From Candidatus Nomurabacteria bacterium (GTDB lineage Bacteria > Patescibacteriota > Patescibacteriia > UBA1558 > GWA2-36-10), in NCBI GenBank assembly GCA_020632415.1, contig JACKFO010000002.1, forward strand, positions 228,605 to 292,604: DNA of 64,000 nt. Direction: 5' to 3'. The position numbers and the translations under genes were made by a program. Positions 37,141 to 46,890 of the stretch are shown here, in pieces. The notes below the pieces were generated by a model. The model had not been told where the DNA came from, searched no databases, and saw nothing but the letters and a program-made list of their open reading frames with translations. The first letter of the stretch is position 1. Every line of letters begins with the position of its first letter.

Positions 37141-38874
37141 TTATTCGTGTCTAATGCTTAAGACTTCGGCAATTGTTGTGATGCCGATCAAAGCTTTTTG
37201 TAGGCCGTCTTCAAAAATGGTAATCATGCCATTGGCGATTGCTGTTTCTTGAATATCAGCAGAAGAAGAATTTTTAATAATTAATTTTTGAACAGCGGGA
37301 ATGTTTTCTAAAATTTCTAAAACACTGATTCTTCCTGAATAACCAGATTGATGACAAGACTTGCATCCTTTTCCTCGATAAAAAGTTAGCTCTGAAAAAT
37401 TCTGATATTTATCCTCTACCCATTTCAAGGCTTTAAATCTTTGCAATAATTCTTCTAGATTTAATTCTTTTCTTAAACTTTCGATTTCTTCCGGACTCAA
37501 ATGGTAACTTTCGATACATTTTAAACAAATTTTTCTCACCAAACGTTGAGCAATTACCACGTTAAGTGTAGAAGCTACCAAAAAGGGCTCCACTTCCATA
37601 TCCAGTAGTCTTGGTGGAGCTCCAGCGGCATTATTGGTGTGCAAAGTAGATAAGACCAAATGTCCGGTTAATCCAGCACGCACGGCAATTTGAGCGGTTT
37701 TATTATCCCTGATTTCCCCGATCATAATCACATCAGGATCTTGTCTTAATAAGGCTCTTAAGCCATTAGCAAAGTCGTAGCCAGCAACTGGATTGACTTG
37801 AGTTTGATTGATTCGATGTACTCCGTATTCTATCGGGTCTTCGATGGTGCAGATGTTTACTTCTTCGGTATTTAAAGTATTCAAAACCGAGTACAAAGTT
37901 GTAGTTTTTCCCGAACCAGTTGGCCCAACAACCAAAATCATCCCAAATGGTTTTTTGATCTGCTGAGTCATGATTTCAATATTTTTTTCAGAAAAACCTA
38001 GGCTTTCTAGACTAAAGTTTTGTGCTTCATCGGTCATCAAACGCAAGACCATTTTTTCTCCATAAAAAGCTGGAATTACTGAAACTCTGACTGATTCTTC
38101 TTGTCCTTCCAAAGAAAAAGAAAAACGGCCATCTTGAGGAACTCGATGTTCGTCTATTTTTAAGTTTGCTAAAATTTTTATTCTCGCGACAATTGCATCA
38201 TGAACCTCAGAAGGAAGTTCTACTTTGTCATGTAATTCTCCATCAATTCTAAAACGAACAACTACGGCGTCAGGCAAAGCCTCGATGTGAATATCAGAAG
38301 CTTGATCAAACAAAGCGTATTCTAAAATAGCATCAACAATTTGGATGATCGGTAAATCTAATTGACTTGGCGTTCCTTGGACTTCTTTAAATTTTTTGTT
38401 GATTATTTCGTGTAATTCTTCATTGATGTTTTTTTGATAAAGTCGAGAAGCAAAATAAAAGTTTTTTTGACTAGTTAAATAAGGAATTATTTCTTTTTTA
38501 AGTTGCTCTTTAACAAAAGTTAAATTTTCTTGATTTAAAGGATTGACAAAGGCCACTTTAATTTTATTTTCTTCTACAGCAAAAGGAATAGCTTGAGATT
38601 TATTAGCGGCGTCTTCACTAAATAAGTTAATTATTTCTTGCTCTAGTTTAATTTTCCTTAAATTAATATAAGGTATTTTTAAAAAATCACTAATTATTTC
38701 ATACAAAAATTGCTCATTAAAAAATCCTCTTTCAATCAAAACTTCTTCCACTCCTCGACGTCGACGAGAGGCATTTTTTTGGGCATTTTCCCAATCAGTT
38801 TCAGTAATTACTTTTTGGTTTAAAAGCAGCTCTTTTATTTTTTCGATTGCAATTGGTAAATTTGAAGAAGCCAT
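37141..38874 (-). CDS. pilB: Type IV pilus assembly ATPase PilB/GspE
   Basis: 577 aa; N-terminal T2SE_Nter-like region; Walker A GPTGSGKTT; GspE motifs; C-terminal Cys tetrad CLKC...CKSC. Confidence 0.85.
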   Translation of the reverse strand: MASSNLPIAIEKIKELLLNQKVITETDWENAQKNASRRRRGVEEVLIERGFFNEQFLYEIISDFLKIPYINLRKIKLEQEIINLFSEDAANKSQAIPFAVEENKIKVAFVNPLNQENLTFVKEQLKKEIIPYLTSQKNFYFASRLYQKNINEELHEIINKKFKEVQGTPSQLDLPIIQIVDAILEYALFDQASDIHIEALPDAVVVRFRIDGELHDKVELPSEVHDAIVARIKILANLKIDEHRVPQDGRFSFSLEGQEESVRVSVIPAFYGEKMVLRLMTDEAQNFSLESLGFSEKNIEIMTQQIKKPFGMILVVGPTGSGKTTTLYSVLNTLNTEEVNICTIEDPIEYGVHRINQTQVNPVAGYDFANGLRALLRQDPDVIMIGEIRDNKTAQIAVRAGLTGHLVLSTLHTNNAAGAPPRLLDMEVEPFLVASTLNVVIAQRLVRKICLKCIESYHLSPEEIESLRKELNLEELLQRFKALKWVEDKYQNFSELTFYRGKGCKSCHQSGYSGRISVLEILENIPAVQKLIIKNSSSADIQETAIANGMITIFEDGLQKALIGITTIAEVLSIRHE

Positions 38875-38953
38875 AAAAATACGCTATTAATTGTTTATAT
38901 TATAACATATTTTGTTTGAATAAAAAAACTTTTATGTCTCCACAAAAGTTTTT

Positions 38954-39439
38954 TTATTCAAGTTCATTCATTAACTCTATTTTTTGCTCTTTTACTTTTT
39001 GCCTTTGATCAAAAATGAAGCTCGCTTTTAGCTTTTTGTTGTCTAAAAAAAGCGGTAGCCAGTATTGATCATCATCCCACATTTGCTGATAAGGGATGTC
39101 TTGTAAGTCAAACCACTGCGGTTTCATTTCTTCTGTTTCAACTAACTCTCCAGACCAAGCTATTACTTTAAAAACATGAATAACCAAAGTTTTAATTAAG
39201 CTGGTATCGGGAAAATTAAAATGAATAATTGCTCTTTTTTCTAATTTCTCAGCTTTCAAGCCACTTTCTTCGTTTAATTCTCTGCCTGCTGCTTGCTCGA
39301 TTGTTTCCTCTGGCTCAAGCTTTCCACCAAAGCCATTGTAAAAACCTTGACCAAAGCCTCTTTTTTTAAAAGCAAGTAGTATTTTATCATCTTTAATCAA
39401 AAAAGCTAAAGTACGAAAATCCTCTCTCTTAGGCTCCAT
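38954..39439 (-). CDS. NUDIX hydrolase
   Basis: Nudix box GGKLEPEETIEQAAGRELNEESGL; start placed at MEPKRED (ORF-track start 39484 lies inside secA); still 11-nt overlap with secA stop. Confidence 0.7.
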   Translation of the reverse strand: MEPKREDFRTLAFLIKDDKILLAFKKRGFGQGFYNGFGGKLEPEETIEQAAGRELNEESGLKAEKLEKRAIIHFNFPDTSLIKTLVIHVFKVIAWSGELVETEEMKPQWFDLQDIPYQQMWDDDQYWLPLFLDNKKLKASFIFDQRQKVKEQKIELMNELE

Positions 39440-42182
39440 GGCATTTTTTATATTTTTTACCACTGCCGCAAGGACAAAGATCATTACGCCCCACCTTTTC
39501 TCCTTCTTCGTTTTTTGGTTTAGAAGCTAAGATTTGAGAATTTTGTTCACGTTCCTCTACTTGTTTTTGAAATGGAGAAAATCCGGCTTTTTGTTCGCTA
39601 AAATTTCTTTGAGCTTGTTGGGCTGGGTTGCTAGCTAATTTTTTGGCAACGCCAACTTTAAAAATCGAATAGACTATTTGTTTACGAATTGAGGCCAATA
39701 GATTATTAAACAAAGTAAAAGCTTCTCGTTTATATTCAACCAAAGGATCTCTTTGCCCATAGCCCTGTAGACCAATTCCTGTTCTTAATTTGTCCATGGC
39801 TGTCAAATGTTCAACCCAAAGAGTGTCAATGCTTCGTAAAACAATTCCTTTTTCGATTAATTGCATTGGTTTAAAACCACTTTCCGGCATTTCAATCGAC
39901 TGATTGATATTTTCAGTTTGAGCTAAATATTTTTCTTTAGCCAAAACAATAATATGTTGGATTAGTTCTGAACGAGTTTCATGAGAACTATCTTTTTTGA
40001 GTTTATCTAATAATTCCTTAATTTTTTCAATTTCAGTATTGTCTAAAGGAAAAATAGATTTTATAGTTTCGATAATTTCTTTGGGATCAAAATCTCCAAG
40101 TTCAGATTTTGCTAAAGTATGAAAAGAAACCACTTCTTCTATTTCTTTGTTAATTTGTTCTAAAACAAAATCTTGAGAACTACTTTCTTTTGTACTTTGA
40201 GCATTTTCAAATAACTTCAAAAAGTTTTGACGCATCTTATAAACAACTTGACGATGTTTGTTGATAATATCATCGTATTCGACCAAGTGTTTTCTGATGT
40301 CAAAATTATGACCCTCTACTTTTCTTTGGGCAGATTCAATTGAACGAGAAATTATTTTATTTTCAATCGCCGTTTCTTCATCAAGCCCTAAAGTATTCAT
40401 CACCGACTTGATTCTCTCCGAACCAAAAATACGCATCAAATCATCGTCTAAAGAAATGAAGAATTGTGAAGATCCGACGTCTCCTTGACGTCCGGCTCGA
40501 CCTCTGAGCTGATTATCAATACGACGAGATTCATGTCTTTCACTACCCAAAACATGTAAACCACCCAAAGACTTTACTTCTTCATGTTTAGCTTTATCAA
40601 ATGGTACACCGCCCAAAATAATATCCACACCACGACCAGCCATGTTGGTTGCAACAGTAATTGCTGATTTTTTACCGGCTTGAGCTAAAATTTCCGCTTC
40701 TTTGGCGTGATTTTTAGCATTTAATAAATTAAAAGGTAAACCTTCTTTTTCTAAAAATTGAGCTAACAATTCATTTTTTTCAATTGAAGCAGTACCAATC
40801 AAAACCGGCTGACCAATCTGGTGACGATAAGCTACTTCTTTGGCAATGGCCTTGAATTTGCCGCGTTCAGATTTAAAAATTTGATCTTTCAAATCTTGAC
40901 GAGAAAATGGTTTGTTAGTTGGAATGACTGTGACATCTAAACTGTAAATCTGAGCCATTTCTTCGGCCTCGGTAGCCGCTGTTCCGGTCATACCAGAAAG
41001 CTTTTCATACATTCTGAAATAATTTTGAAAAGTAATTGTGGCCAAAGTCATACTTTCTCTTTGTACTTGTACACCTTCTTTAGCTTCAATTGCTTGATGT
41101 AAACCTTCGGAATATCTGCGACCCTCCATCATTCTTCCGGTAAATTCATCGATAATCACAATTTCTCCATCACGGACAATATAGTCCTTGTCTTTGTGAT
41201 ACATTGCTTTAGCTCGAAGAGCTTGCTCTAGATGATGAATTGTTACTAAGCCGTGAGTTTCATAAATATTATCTACGCCTAATAATTTTTCTACTTTACG
41301 CACACCATCTTCAGTCAATGTTGCAGTACGCATTTTTTCATCAATATTGTAGTCAGTGTTTTCGACTAATTGGTTTACTAATTGAGAAAACTGTTGATAC
41401 TGTGAGGCTGATTCTTCGGCTGGTGCAGAAATAATCAAGGGAGTTCTTGCTTCATCAATCAAAATGCTATCCACCTCATCAACGATGGCAAAAGTTAGAT
41501 CGCGTTGAACCTGATCTTTTTTATCTTGCGCCATATTATCACGCAAATAGTCAAAACCAAATTCATTGTTAGTTCCGTAAGTAATGTCCGCCTGATAAGC
41601 TTCACTACGACTTACTGGTTTTAGATAGTCCATGACCACTTTGACTGCTTGATCTCTCACTTGGTCATCGTCTTCGGAAATATGATTTGAGTCATAAATA
41701 AAAGAAGTATTATGTTGAATAATTCCAATACTCAAACCCAAAAAATCATAAATTTGCCCCATCCAAGTCGCGTCACGTTTGGCCAAATAATCATTAACCG
41801 TTACCACGTGGACACCTTTGCCGCTTAAAGCGTTTAAGTAAATCGCCAAAGTTGAAGTTAAGGTTTTACCTTCACCGGTTTTCATTTCGGCAATTTGGCC
41901 CTGATGCAAAACAATTCCTCCTAGTAACTGCACGTCATAATGATTTTGATTTAAAGTTCTTTGCGCGGCAAGTTTAACCAAAGCAAAAGCAGGAACCAAT
42001 AAATCATTTAGATCAGTTCCGTTTTGTGCTTGCTGTTTTAATTCTAAGGATTTATTTTTTAGTTCCTGATCAGAAAGCTTTTCCCATTCAGCTTCTTGTT
42101 TTTTTATTGCTTCTATTTGAGGCTTTAAACTATCTAAGAAACGTTGATTGGCATCTCCGAATATTTTTTGTAACCAAGACAT
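39429..42182 (-). CDS. secA: Preprotein translocase subunit SecA
   Basis: 917 aa; DEAD-like motor motifs; C-terminal Zn finger CPCGSGKKYKKCHG. Confidence 0.95.
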   Translation of the reverse strand: MSWLQKIFGDANQRFLDSLKPQIEAIKKQEAEWEKLSDQELKNKSLELKQQAQNGTDLNDLLVPAFALVKLAAQRTLNQNHYDVQLLGGIVLHQGQIAEMKTGEGKTLTSTLAIYLNALSGKGVHVVTVNDYLAKRDATWMGQIYDFLGLSIGIIQHNTSFIYDSNHISEDDDQVRDQAVKVVMDYLKPVSRSEAYQADITYGTNNEFGFDYLRDNMAQDKKDQVQRDLTFAIVDEVDSILIDEARTPLIISAPAEESASQYQQFSQLVNQLVENTDYNIDEKMRTATLTEDGVRKVEKLLGVDNIYETHGLVTIHHLEQALRAKAMYHKDKDYIVRDGEIVIIDEFTGRMMEGRRYSEGLHQAIEAKEGVQVQRESMTLATITFQNYFRMYEKLSGMTGTAATEAEEMAQIYSLDVTVIPTNKPFSRQDLKDQIFKSERGKFKAIAKEVAYRHQIGQPVLIGTASIEKNELLAQFLEKEGLPFNLLNAKNHAKEAEILAQAGKKSAITVATNMAGRGVDIILGGVPFDKAKHEEVKSLGGLHVLGSERHESRRIDNQLRGRAGRQGDVGSSQFFISLDDDLMRIFGSERIKSVMNTLGLDEETAIENKIISRSIESAQRKVEGHNFDIRKHLVEYDDIINKHRQVVYKMRQNFLKLFENAQSTKESSSQDFVLEQINKEIEEVVSFHTLAKSELGDFDPKEIIETIKSIFPLDNTEIEKIKELLDKLKKDSSHETRSELIQHIIVLAKEKYLAQTENINQSIEMPESGFKPMQLIEKGIVLRSIDTLWVEHLTAMDKLRTGIGLQGYGQRDPLVEYKREAFTLFNNLLASIRKQIVYSIFKVGVAKKLASNPAQQAQRNFSEQKAGFSPFQKQVEEREQNSQILASKPKNEEGEKVGRNDLCPCGSGKKYKKCHGA

Positions 42183-42252
42183 ACAGTTTTATGAAATTAA
42201 ACCATGCACCTAAAATTTAGGTCCATGGAATTGTTATTTAATTTATCTTTAA

Positions 42253-42609
42253 TTAATTTTTATTCCAAAATTTAAGTGATTTGAAAAATTTGCTATTTTT
42301 TCTTAATTTGCTATTAAGCTTACCTTTTTGTTTGACTAATTGCCTAGCTAGTTTATCTTGAATAATATCAATAGCTGCTCGAGCATCTTGATGACTTTCT
42401 TTGATGATAATTTCTTGTTTATTAGGCATGGTCAATCTAGCTTCTAAATCAAAGATCTCTCCTTTGTGGTGATGCGGGTCACGACTCATGTTTAAAGAAA
42501 AAGAAATGATGTTTTCCTGATATTTTTCCAAAGAGTCCAATTTTTCGTGAATATAAGTCTCAAAGGCTTCGCTTAAGTCAAAATTTTTGTTATAAATTTT
42601 AATGTCCAT
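42253..42609 (-). CDS. hpf: Ribosome hibernation promoting factor (HPF/RaiA/YfiA family), short form
   Basis: 118 aa; MDIKIYNKNFDLSEAFETYIHEKLDSLEKY...DARAAIDIIQDKLARQLVKQKGK. Confidence 0.85.
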   Translation of the reverse strand: MDIKIYNKNFDLSEAFETYIHEKLDSLEKYQENIISFSLNMSRDPHHHKGEIFDLEARLTMPNKQEIIIKESHQDARAAIDIIQDKLARQLVKQKGKLNSKLRKNSKFFKSLKFWNKN

Positions 42610-42657
42610 GGCTTTTCTTTTTTATTTAATTACACCTTAAATATACTAAAAATCAAC

Positions 42658-42702
42658 AAAAAAATCAACCCAGAGCAATTTAAGTCATTTGGTTGATTTT
42701 TT
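42658..42702. terminator. Rho-independent terminator downstream of alaS (A-run/hairpin/T-run, works on both strands)
   Basis: AAAAAAATCAACC-(20 nt)-GGTTGATTTTTT. Confidence 0.55.
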
Positions 42703-42721
42703 ATCTAATCTTAGCTAATTT

Positions 42722-44488
42722 TTACTCTAAAATGGCCTTGATTCTTCTGATTCCAGCAGAAGAAGATTCCTCTTTTTGAATCTTAAAATGACCCAAAACT
42801 CCAATATTTTCAACATGTGGGCCGCCGCAAATTTCTCGACTAAAGAAATTATCATCCTCCCCTACGGTATAAACTTTGATTTTTTCTCCATATTTATGAC
42901 CAAAAAGCCCAATTGCTCCTCTTTCTTTGGCCTCTTCAACAGTCATTTCTTGATAAGAGACTGGTAAATTTTTAGCAATTTGCTGATTGACTAAATCCTC
43001 TACTTCTTTAATTTGTTCAGAAGTCATTTTTTCAGGATGAGTAAAGTCAAAACGCATTCGTTCTTGATTAATATTACTGCCACGTTGTTCGACGTGTTCT
43101 CCTAAAACTGTTCGTAAAGCTTGGTGCAAAAGATGAGTGGCAGTGTGATATTTGGTACTCATTTCACTATCATCAGCTAATCCGCCTTTGAACATCCCGG
43201 CTGAAGCAGTGCGAGATAATTCTTGATGTTTTTCAAATTCTTTTTGATAATCGCTTTCTGATAATTCAAGTCCTTGTTCTTTGGCAAGCTCTAAGGTCAT
43301 TTCCAAGGGAAAACCAAAAGTGGCAAATAAATTAAAAGCTGCTTTTTCATTTAGAGATTTTTCAGCTAATAATTTTTCAAATTGTTTCAAGCCTTTCTGG
43401 ATTGTACTTTCAAATTTTTCTTCTTCTTTTTGTAATTCATCTAAAATAAATTTTTCTCGAGTTTTTAATTCAGGATATTCTTCTTGAAACATTTCAATCA
43501 CTACAACGGCAATTTGTGCGCAGAAATTGTCTTGAATTTCTAAATTTTTTCCAAAACGAATAGCTCGACGAATAACACGTCTCAAAACATATCCTTGGCC
43601 AGTATTTGATGGAGCCATGCCCTGTGGATCACCCAAAAGAAAAGTAGCGCTACGTAGATGATCAGCGATCACTCGAAAAGCCTTGAGGTTGTTTTGATAT
43701 TTTTTGCCAGATAATTCCTCTATTTTTTGAATAATTGGCAAAAATAAATCAGTTAGATAATTATCGTCCAAATTATTCAAAACAGCCAAAGTTCTTTCTA
43801 GACCCATGCCAGTATCAATGTTTTTTTGCTCTAAAGGTAAATATTTGCCTTCAGGAGTCTTATTGTATTCCATGAAAACATTATTCCAAATTTCTACCCA
43901 AGTATCATCTGCTGGATCAAAAGTTTCTGGCACAGCATTTTTGTCACCAGTCCAATAAAAGATTTCGGTATCTGGACCACAAGGACCGCTAGTTCCGGCT
44001 GGGCCCCACCAATTATCTGTTAATTTGGCAATCTTATTCTTTGCAAGGCCTAATTTTAACCAATGCTCTTCTGCTTCTTGATCAAAATCTTTAATATCTT
44101 GATTGCCACCAAAAATAGTAACTGCTAAAAATTTAGAGTCGATTTTTAATTCAGAAGTTAAAAATTTCCAAGCTAAATCAATTGCTTCGATTTTACCGTA
44201 GTCTCCTAAGGACCAATTACCGAGCATCTCAAAAAAGGTATGATGCGTTTTATCACCAACTTCTTCAATATCTCCGGTACGCCAACATTTTTGTACGTCA
44301 GCAAGACGAGTCCCTGAGGGGTGTTTTTCCCCCATCAAATAAGGCACCAAAGGATGCATGCCGGCAGTGGTAAATAAAACTGTCGGGTCATTTTCTGGAA
44401 TCAAAGAAGCCGAAGACAAAATGGCATGGTTATTATTTTCAAAATATTTTAAGAATTTTTCTCGTAATTCTTTTCCACTAATTATCAT
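42722..44488 (-). CDS. alaS: Alanine--tRNA ligase, short form (catalytic plus tRNA-recognition plus editing-core, lacking C-Ala domain)
   Basis: 588 aa; N-terminal AlaRS signature FTTAGMHPLVPY; editing HxxxH motif HTATHLLHQALR; ends soon after. Confidence 0.8.
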   Translation of the reverse strand: MIISGKELREKFLKYFENNNHAILSSASLIPENDPTVLFTTAGMHPLVPYLMGEKHPSGTRLADVQKCWRTGDIEEVGDKTHHTFFEMLGNWSLGDYGKIEAIDLAWKFLTSELKIDSKFLAVTIFGGNQDIKDFDQEAEEHWLKLGLAKNKIAKLTDNWWGPAGTSGPCGPDTEIFYWTGDKNAVPETFDPADDTWVEIWNNVFMEYNKTPEGKYLPLEQKNIDTGMGLERTLAVLNNLDDNYLTDLFLPIIQKIEELSGKKYQNNLKAFRVIADHLRSATFLLGDPQGMAPSNTGQGYVLRRVIRRAIRFGKNLEIQDNFCAQIAVVVIEMFQEEYPELKTREKFILDELQKEEEKFESTIQKGLKQFEKLLAEKSLNEKAAFNLFATFGFPLEMTLELAKEQGLELSESDYQKEFEKHQELSRTASAGMFKGGLADDSEMSTKYHTATHLLHQALRTVLGEHVEQRGSNINQERMRFDFTHPEKMTSEQIKEVEDLVNQQIAKNLPVSYQEMTVEEAKERGAIGLFGHKYGEKIKVYTVGEDDNFFSREICGGPHVENIGVLGHFKIQKEESSSAGIRRIKAILE

Positions 44489-44491
44489 AAA

Positions 44492-45103
44492 CTATTTCTT
44501 TTTAAACAAGTCGAAAATAAAATCATTATATTTATAGACCAAAACTGCACCAACCGGTAAACTCATAAAACCAGCCACAACGTCATAAAGAGTATCATTT
44601 GGTTGAGTACTGATAAAAAACATGTTTTTACCAAGCTTAATCGTAATAAAATATTCAAATAATTCCCAAAGTAAGATCAAAGACATGGCCACTACTAGTG
44701 ACGCTAAGACAACGTCTGATTTGTTTGTTTTGATTTTAAAATGAATAGTAGCAGCTTTAAACAAAACAGCAAAAATAACAAATAAAAATAAAGGTGTAAA
44801 AAAATGAACATAAGTATCATAATTATAGAGATAATCAAAAAGCCACATGTAGCCAGCAACCGATAACAAAACAATGACCGAAAAAGAAATTTCAATCCAA
44901 TCTAACATTTCATTGGAAAAATTTTCATGTAAACCCAAACGACGATAAATAACCCTTGGGAGCATCAAAACCGCAGCAAAAGCTAAATAACCTAAGAAAA
45001 TAAAAATGCTATGGCCAGTCAGCAAAAAATAAAAGGCCATCAAAAAAATAGCAATTCCTATTAAATTTACAATTTTTCTAACGTGTATTTTCATATTACG
45101 CAT
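44492..45103 (-). CDS. Hypothetical polytopic membrane protein
   Basis: 203 aa; 5-6 hydrophobic helices; no motif recognised. Confidence 0.45.
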   Translation of the reverse strand: MRNMKIHVRKIVNLIGIAIFLMAFYFLLTGHSIFIFLGYLAFAAVLMLPRVIYRRLGLHENFSNEMLDWIEISFSVIVLLSVAGYMWLFDYLYNYDTYVHFFTPLFLFVIFAVLFKAATIHFKIKTNKSDVVLASLVVAMSLILLWELFEYFITIKLGKNMFFISTQPNDTLYDVVAGFMSLPVGAVLVYKYNDFIFDLFKKK

Positions 45104-45131
45104 TTAATAAAGTATAGTAATTTCAAACTTT

Positions 45132-46205
45132 TTAGTCAATTATTATTCCTGAAGCGATTAGCTCTTTTTTTTGATAAATAGCTAAAGTTTGTCCAGCGGC
45201 AACGGCAAATTGAGCTTGTTTAAAATCAGCTTCCCAGGTATTTTGCTCTGTTTGTTTAAAGATTAATTTTTGATCTTCTTGACGATAACGAATTTTAGCG
45301 CGGGCTTTGAGTGGTAATTTGTATTTTTCTCCGAGCCAATGTAGATTTGATACTTTGATTTTTTTTGTATAAAGCTCAAGTGATTCTTTTGGTCCGACAG
45401 TCAAAGTGTTTGTCTTTAAATCTTTTTTGATCACATACAAAGCTGGTCCACCACCAATATCAATTCCCTTACGTTGTCCAATAGTGTAATAAAAAACTCC
45501 ATCATGTTCACCAATTTTTTCTCCCTCAGCATTCAAAATATCTCCTTTCTGAGGGGTAATTTTTTGACTTAAAAAATCTTTTAAGTTCACTTTGCCAACA
45601 AAACAAATTCCTTGGCTGTCTTTGCGATCAGCGTTTGGTAGGCCAGCTGCTGTGGCAATTTGTCTAACTTTTGGTTTTTTGAGATGACCAATAGGAAATA
45701 AACTTCTGGATAATTGTTCTTGATTTAAACCAGCTAGAAAATAAGACTGATCTTTATTTGGGTCTACTCCTTTTAATAGATGAAAGCCATTTTTATCTTC
45801 TTTGATTTGCGCATAATGTCCAGTGGCAATTTTATCATAGCCAGCCAAAATTGCTTTAGCTAAAAATAATTTGAATTTAATTTCCGAGTTACACAAAATA
45901 TCTGGATTTGGAGTCAAGCCCGCTTGGTAAGTATCAAAAAGATAATTCACTACTTTTTCACGATATTGGTCTTCAAAATCCCAAGTTTCTAATTTAATCC
46001 CCAAAAAATCAGCAACTTTTTGCGCTTCTTTTTGATCTTGACGCCACGGACATTCTCGATCAACATTGTCGCGACTAGAAAAGTTTTTCATAAAAACAGC
46101 CGAAACATCATGGCCTTGTTTTTTTAACAACAAAGCCGCTACCGCCGAATCAACACCACCGGATAAACCCACTAAAACCTTCAATTTTTTGCTGTTTTTA
46201 ATCAT
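45132..46205 (-). CDS. mnmA: tRNA-specific 2-thiouridylase MnmA
   Basis: 357 aa; PP-loop LVGLSGGVDSAV; catalytic Cys region. Confidence 0.85.
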   Translation of the reverse strand: MIKNSKKLKVLVGLSGGVDSAVAALLLKKQGHDVSAVFMKNFSSRDNVDRECPWRQDQKEAQKVADFLGIKLETWDFEDQYREKVVNYLFDTYQAGLTPNPDILCNSEIKFKLFLAKAILAGYDKIATGHYAQIKEDKNGFHLLKGVDPNKDQSYFLAGLNQEQLSRSLFPIGHLKKPKVRQIATAAGLPNADRKDSQGICFVGKVNLKDFLSQKITPQKGDILNAEGEKIGEHDGVFYYTIGQRKGIDIGGGPALYVIKKDLKTNTLTVGPKESLELYTKKIKVSNLHWLGEKYKLPLKARAKIRYRQEDQKLIFKQTEQNTWEADFKQAQFAVAAGQTLAIYQKKELIASGIIID

Positions 46206-46253
46206 ATAGCAGAGCTAAAATACCATATTTTGTGCCTTTTTTCAAGGTTTTTA

Positions 46254-46811
46254 TTAGCCCTTTTTTTCTTGATAAAGCTCTTGATTATAAAATTTAGCCA
46301 TAGCCATCAAAATACCGTTTTCAAAAGCTTCTTTCCTAGTAATAAAATCATTAGTTAATTCTCCGACTGTACCGTTGGTGCCCCGAACATTCAACTTAGA
46401 GAACATTTCTTCAGCTACAGGCGCTAACTCCCTACCTTTGTCCATGATCTCCACTTTGGCATATTTTGGTAATTCAATCGCTTCGCCATAAGCTAAGCTA
46501 TCTATTTGACCGTTAGTAACATAAATAGCGCCAATTAAAAAAAATTTTTCTTGGCCCAAAATATTATTTAGCCAAACTCCACCTTCAATTCCTAAATAAA
46601 AATCCGCCTCAATCCCCATTTTAATTAAATTCTGAGCACGATTATAAGCACCTTGAGTAGTTTCCTCTATGCCACGTGGTTGATCATCAACATCAGAATT
46701 GACTTTTTGACTAATGACTTTGATTTCTATTTGCGGATAAATTTTTGCAAAAGCATGTTTTACCGCTTCTACTTTTGGCTCTTGCATGGAAGCAATTGCA
46801 ACAGTAATCAT
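46254..46811 (-). CDS. Non-canonical purine NTP phosphatase, YjjX family (inosine/xanthosine triphosphatase)
   Basis: 185 aa; aligns with E. coli YjjX (..PRGIEETTQGAYNRAQN..ADFYLGIEGGV..). Confidence 0.65.
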   Translation of the reverse strand: MITVAIASMQEPKVEAVKHAFAKIYPQIEIKVISQKVNSDVDDQPRGIEETTQGAYNRAQNLIKMGIEADFYLGIEGGVWLNNILGQEKFFLIGAIYVTNGQIDSLAYGEAIELPKYAKVEIMDKGRELAPVAEEMFSKLNVRGTNGTVGELTNDFITRKEAFENGILMAMAKFYNQELYQEKKG

Positions 46812-46814
46812 ATC

Positions 46815-46845
46815 TTGACAATAAATAATTAATAATGTTTAATAT
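46815..46845 (+). promoter_or_regulatory. Strong sigma-70-type promoter TTGACA-17-TTTAAT(AT) driving the GC-rich islet
   Basis: tcTTGACAataaataattaataaTGtTTAATATaaaatc. Confidence 0.5.
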
Positions 46846-46890
46846 AAAATCTCGTTCTTTTCGGTCACTTCAAATAAGGAACAAAAGGCC

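Larger units (their letters stand above)
33037..38874 (-). other. Type IV pilus gene cluster (pilB, pilC, three prepilin-type genes including an LVIVD-propeller pilin; adjacent PA14 protein)
   Basis: Contiguous co-directional genes with 0-8 nt spacing or overlaps. Confidence 0.75.

Noticed and set aside
38954-39484. NUDIX ORF start at 39484 as given by the ORF track
   Set aside because: The first 15 codons lie inside secA and encode MIFVLAAVVKNIKNA. The internal Met (MEPKRED..., 39439) gives a normal Nudix N-terminus with an 11-nt overlap.
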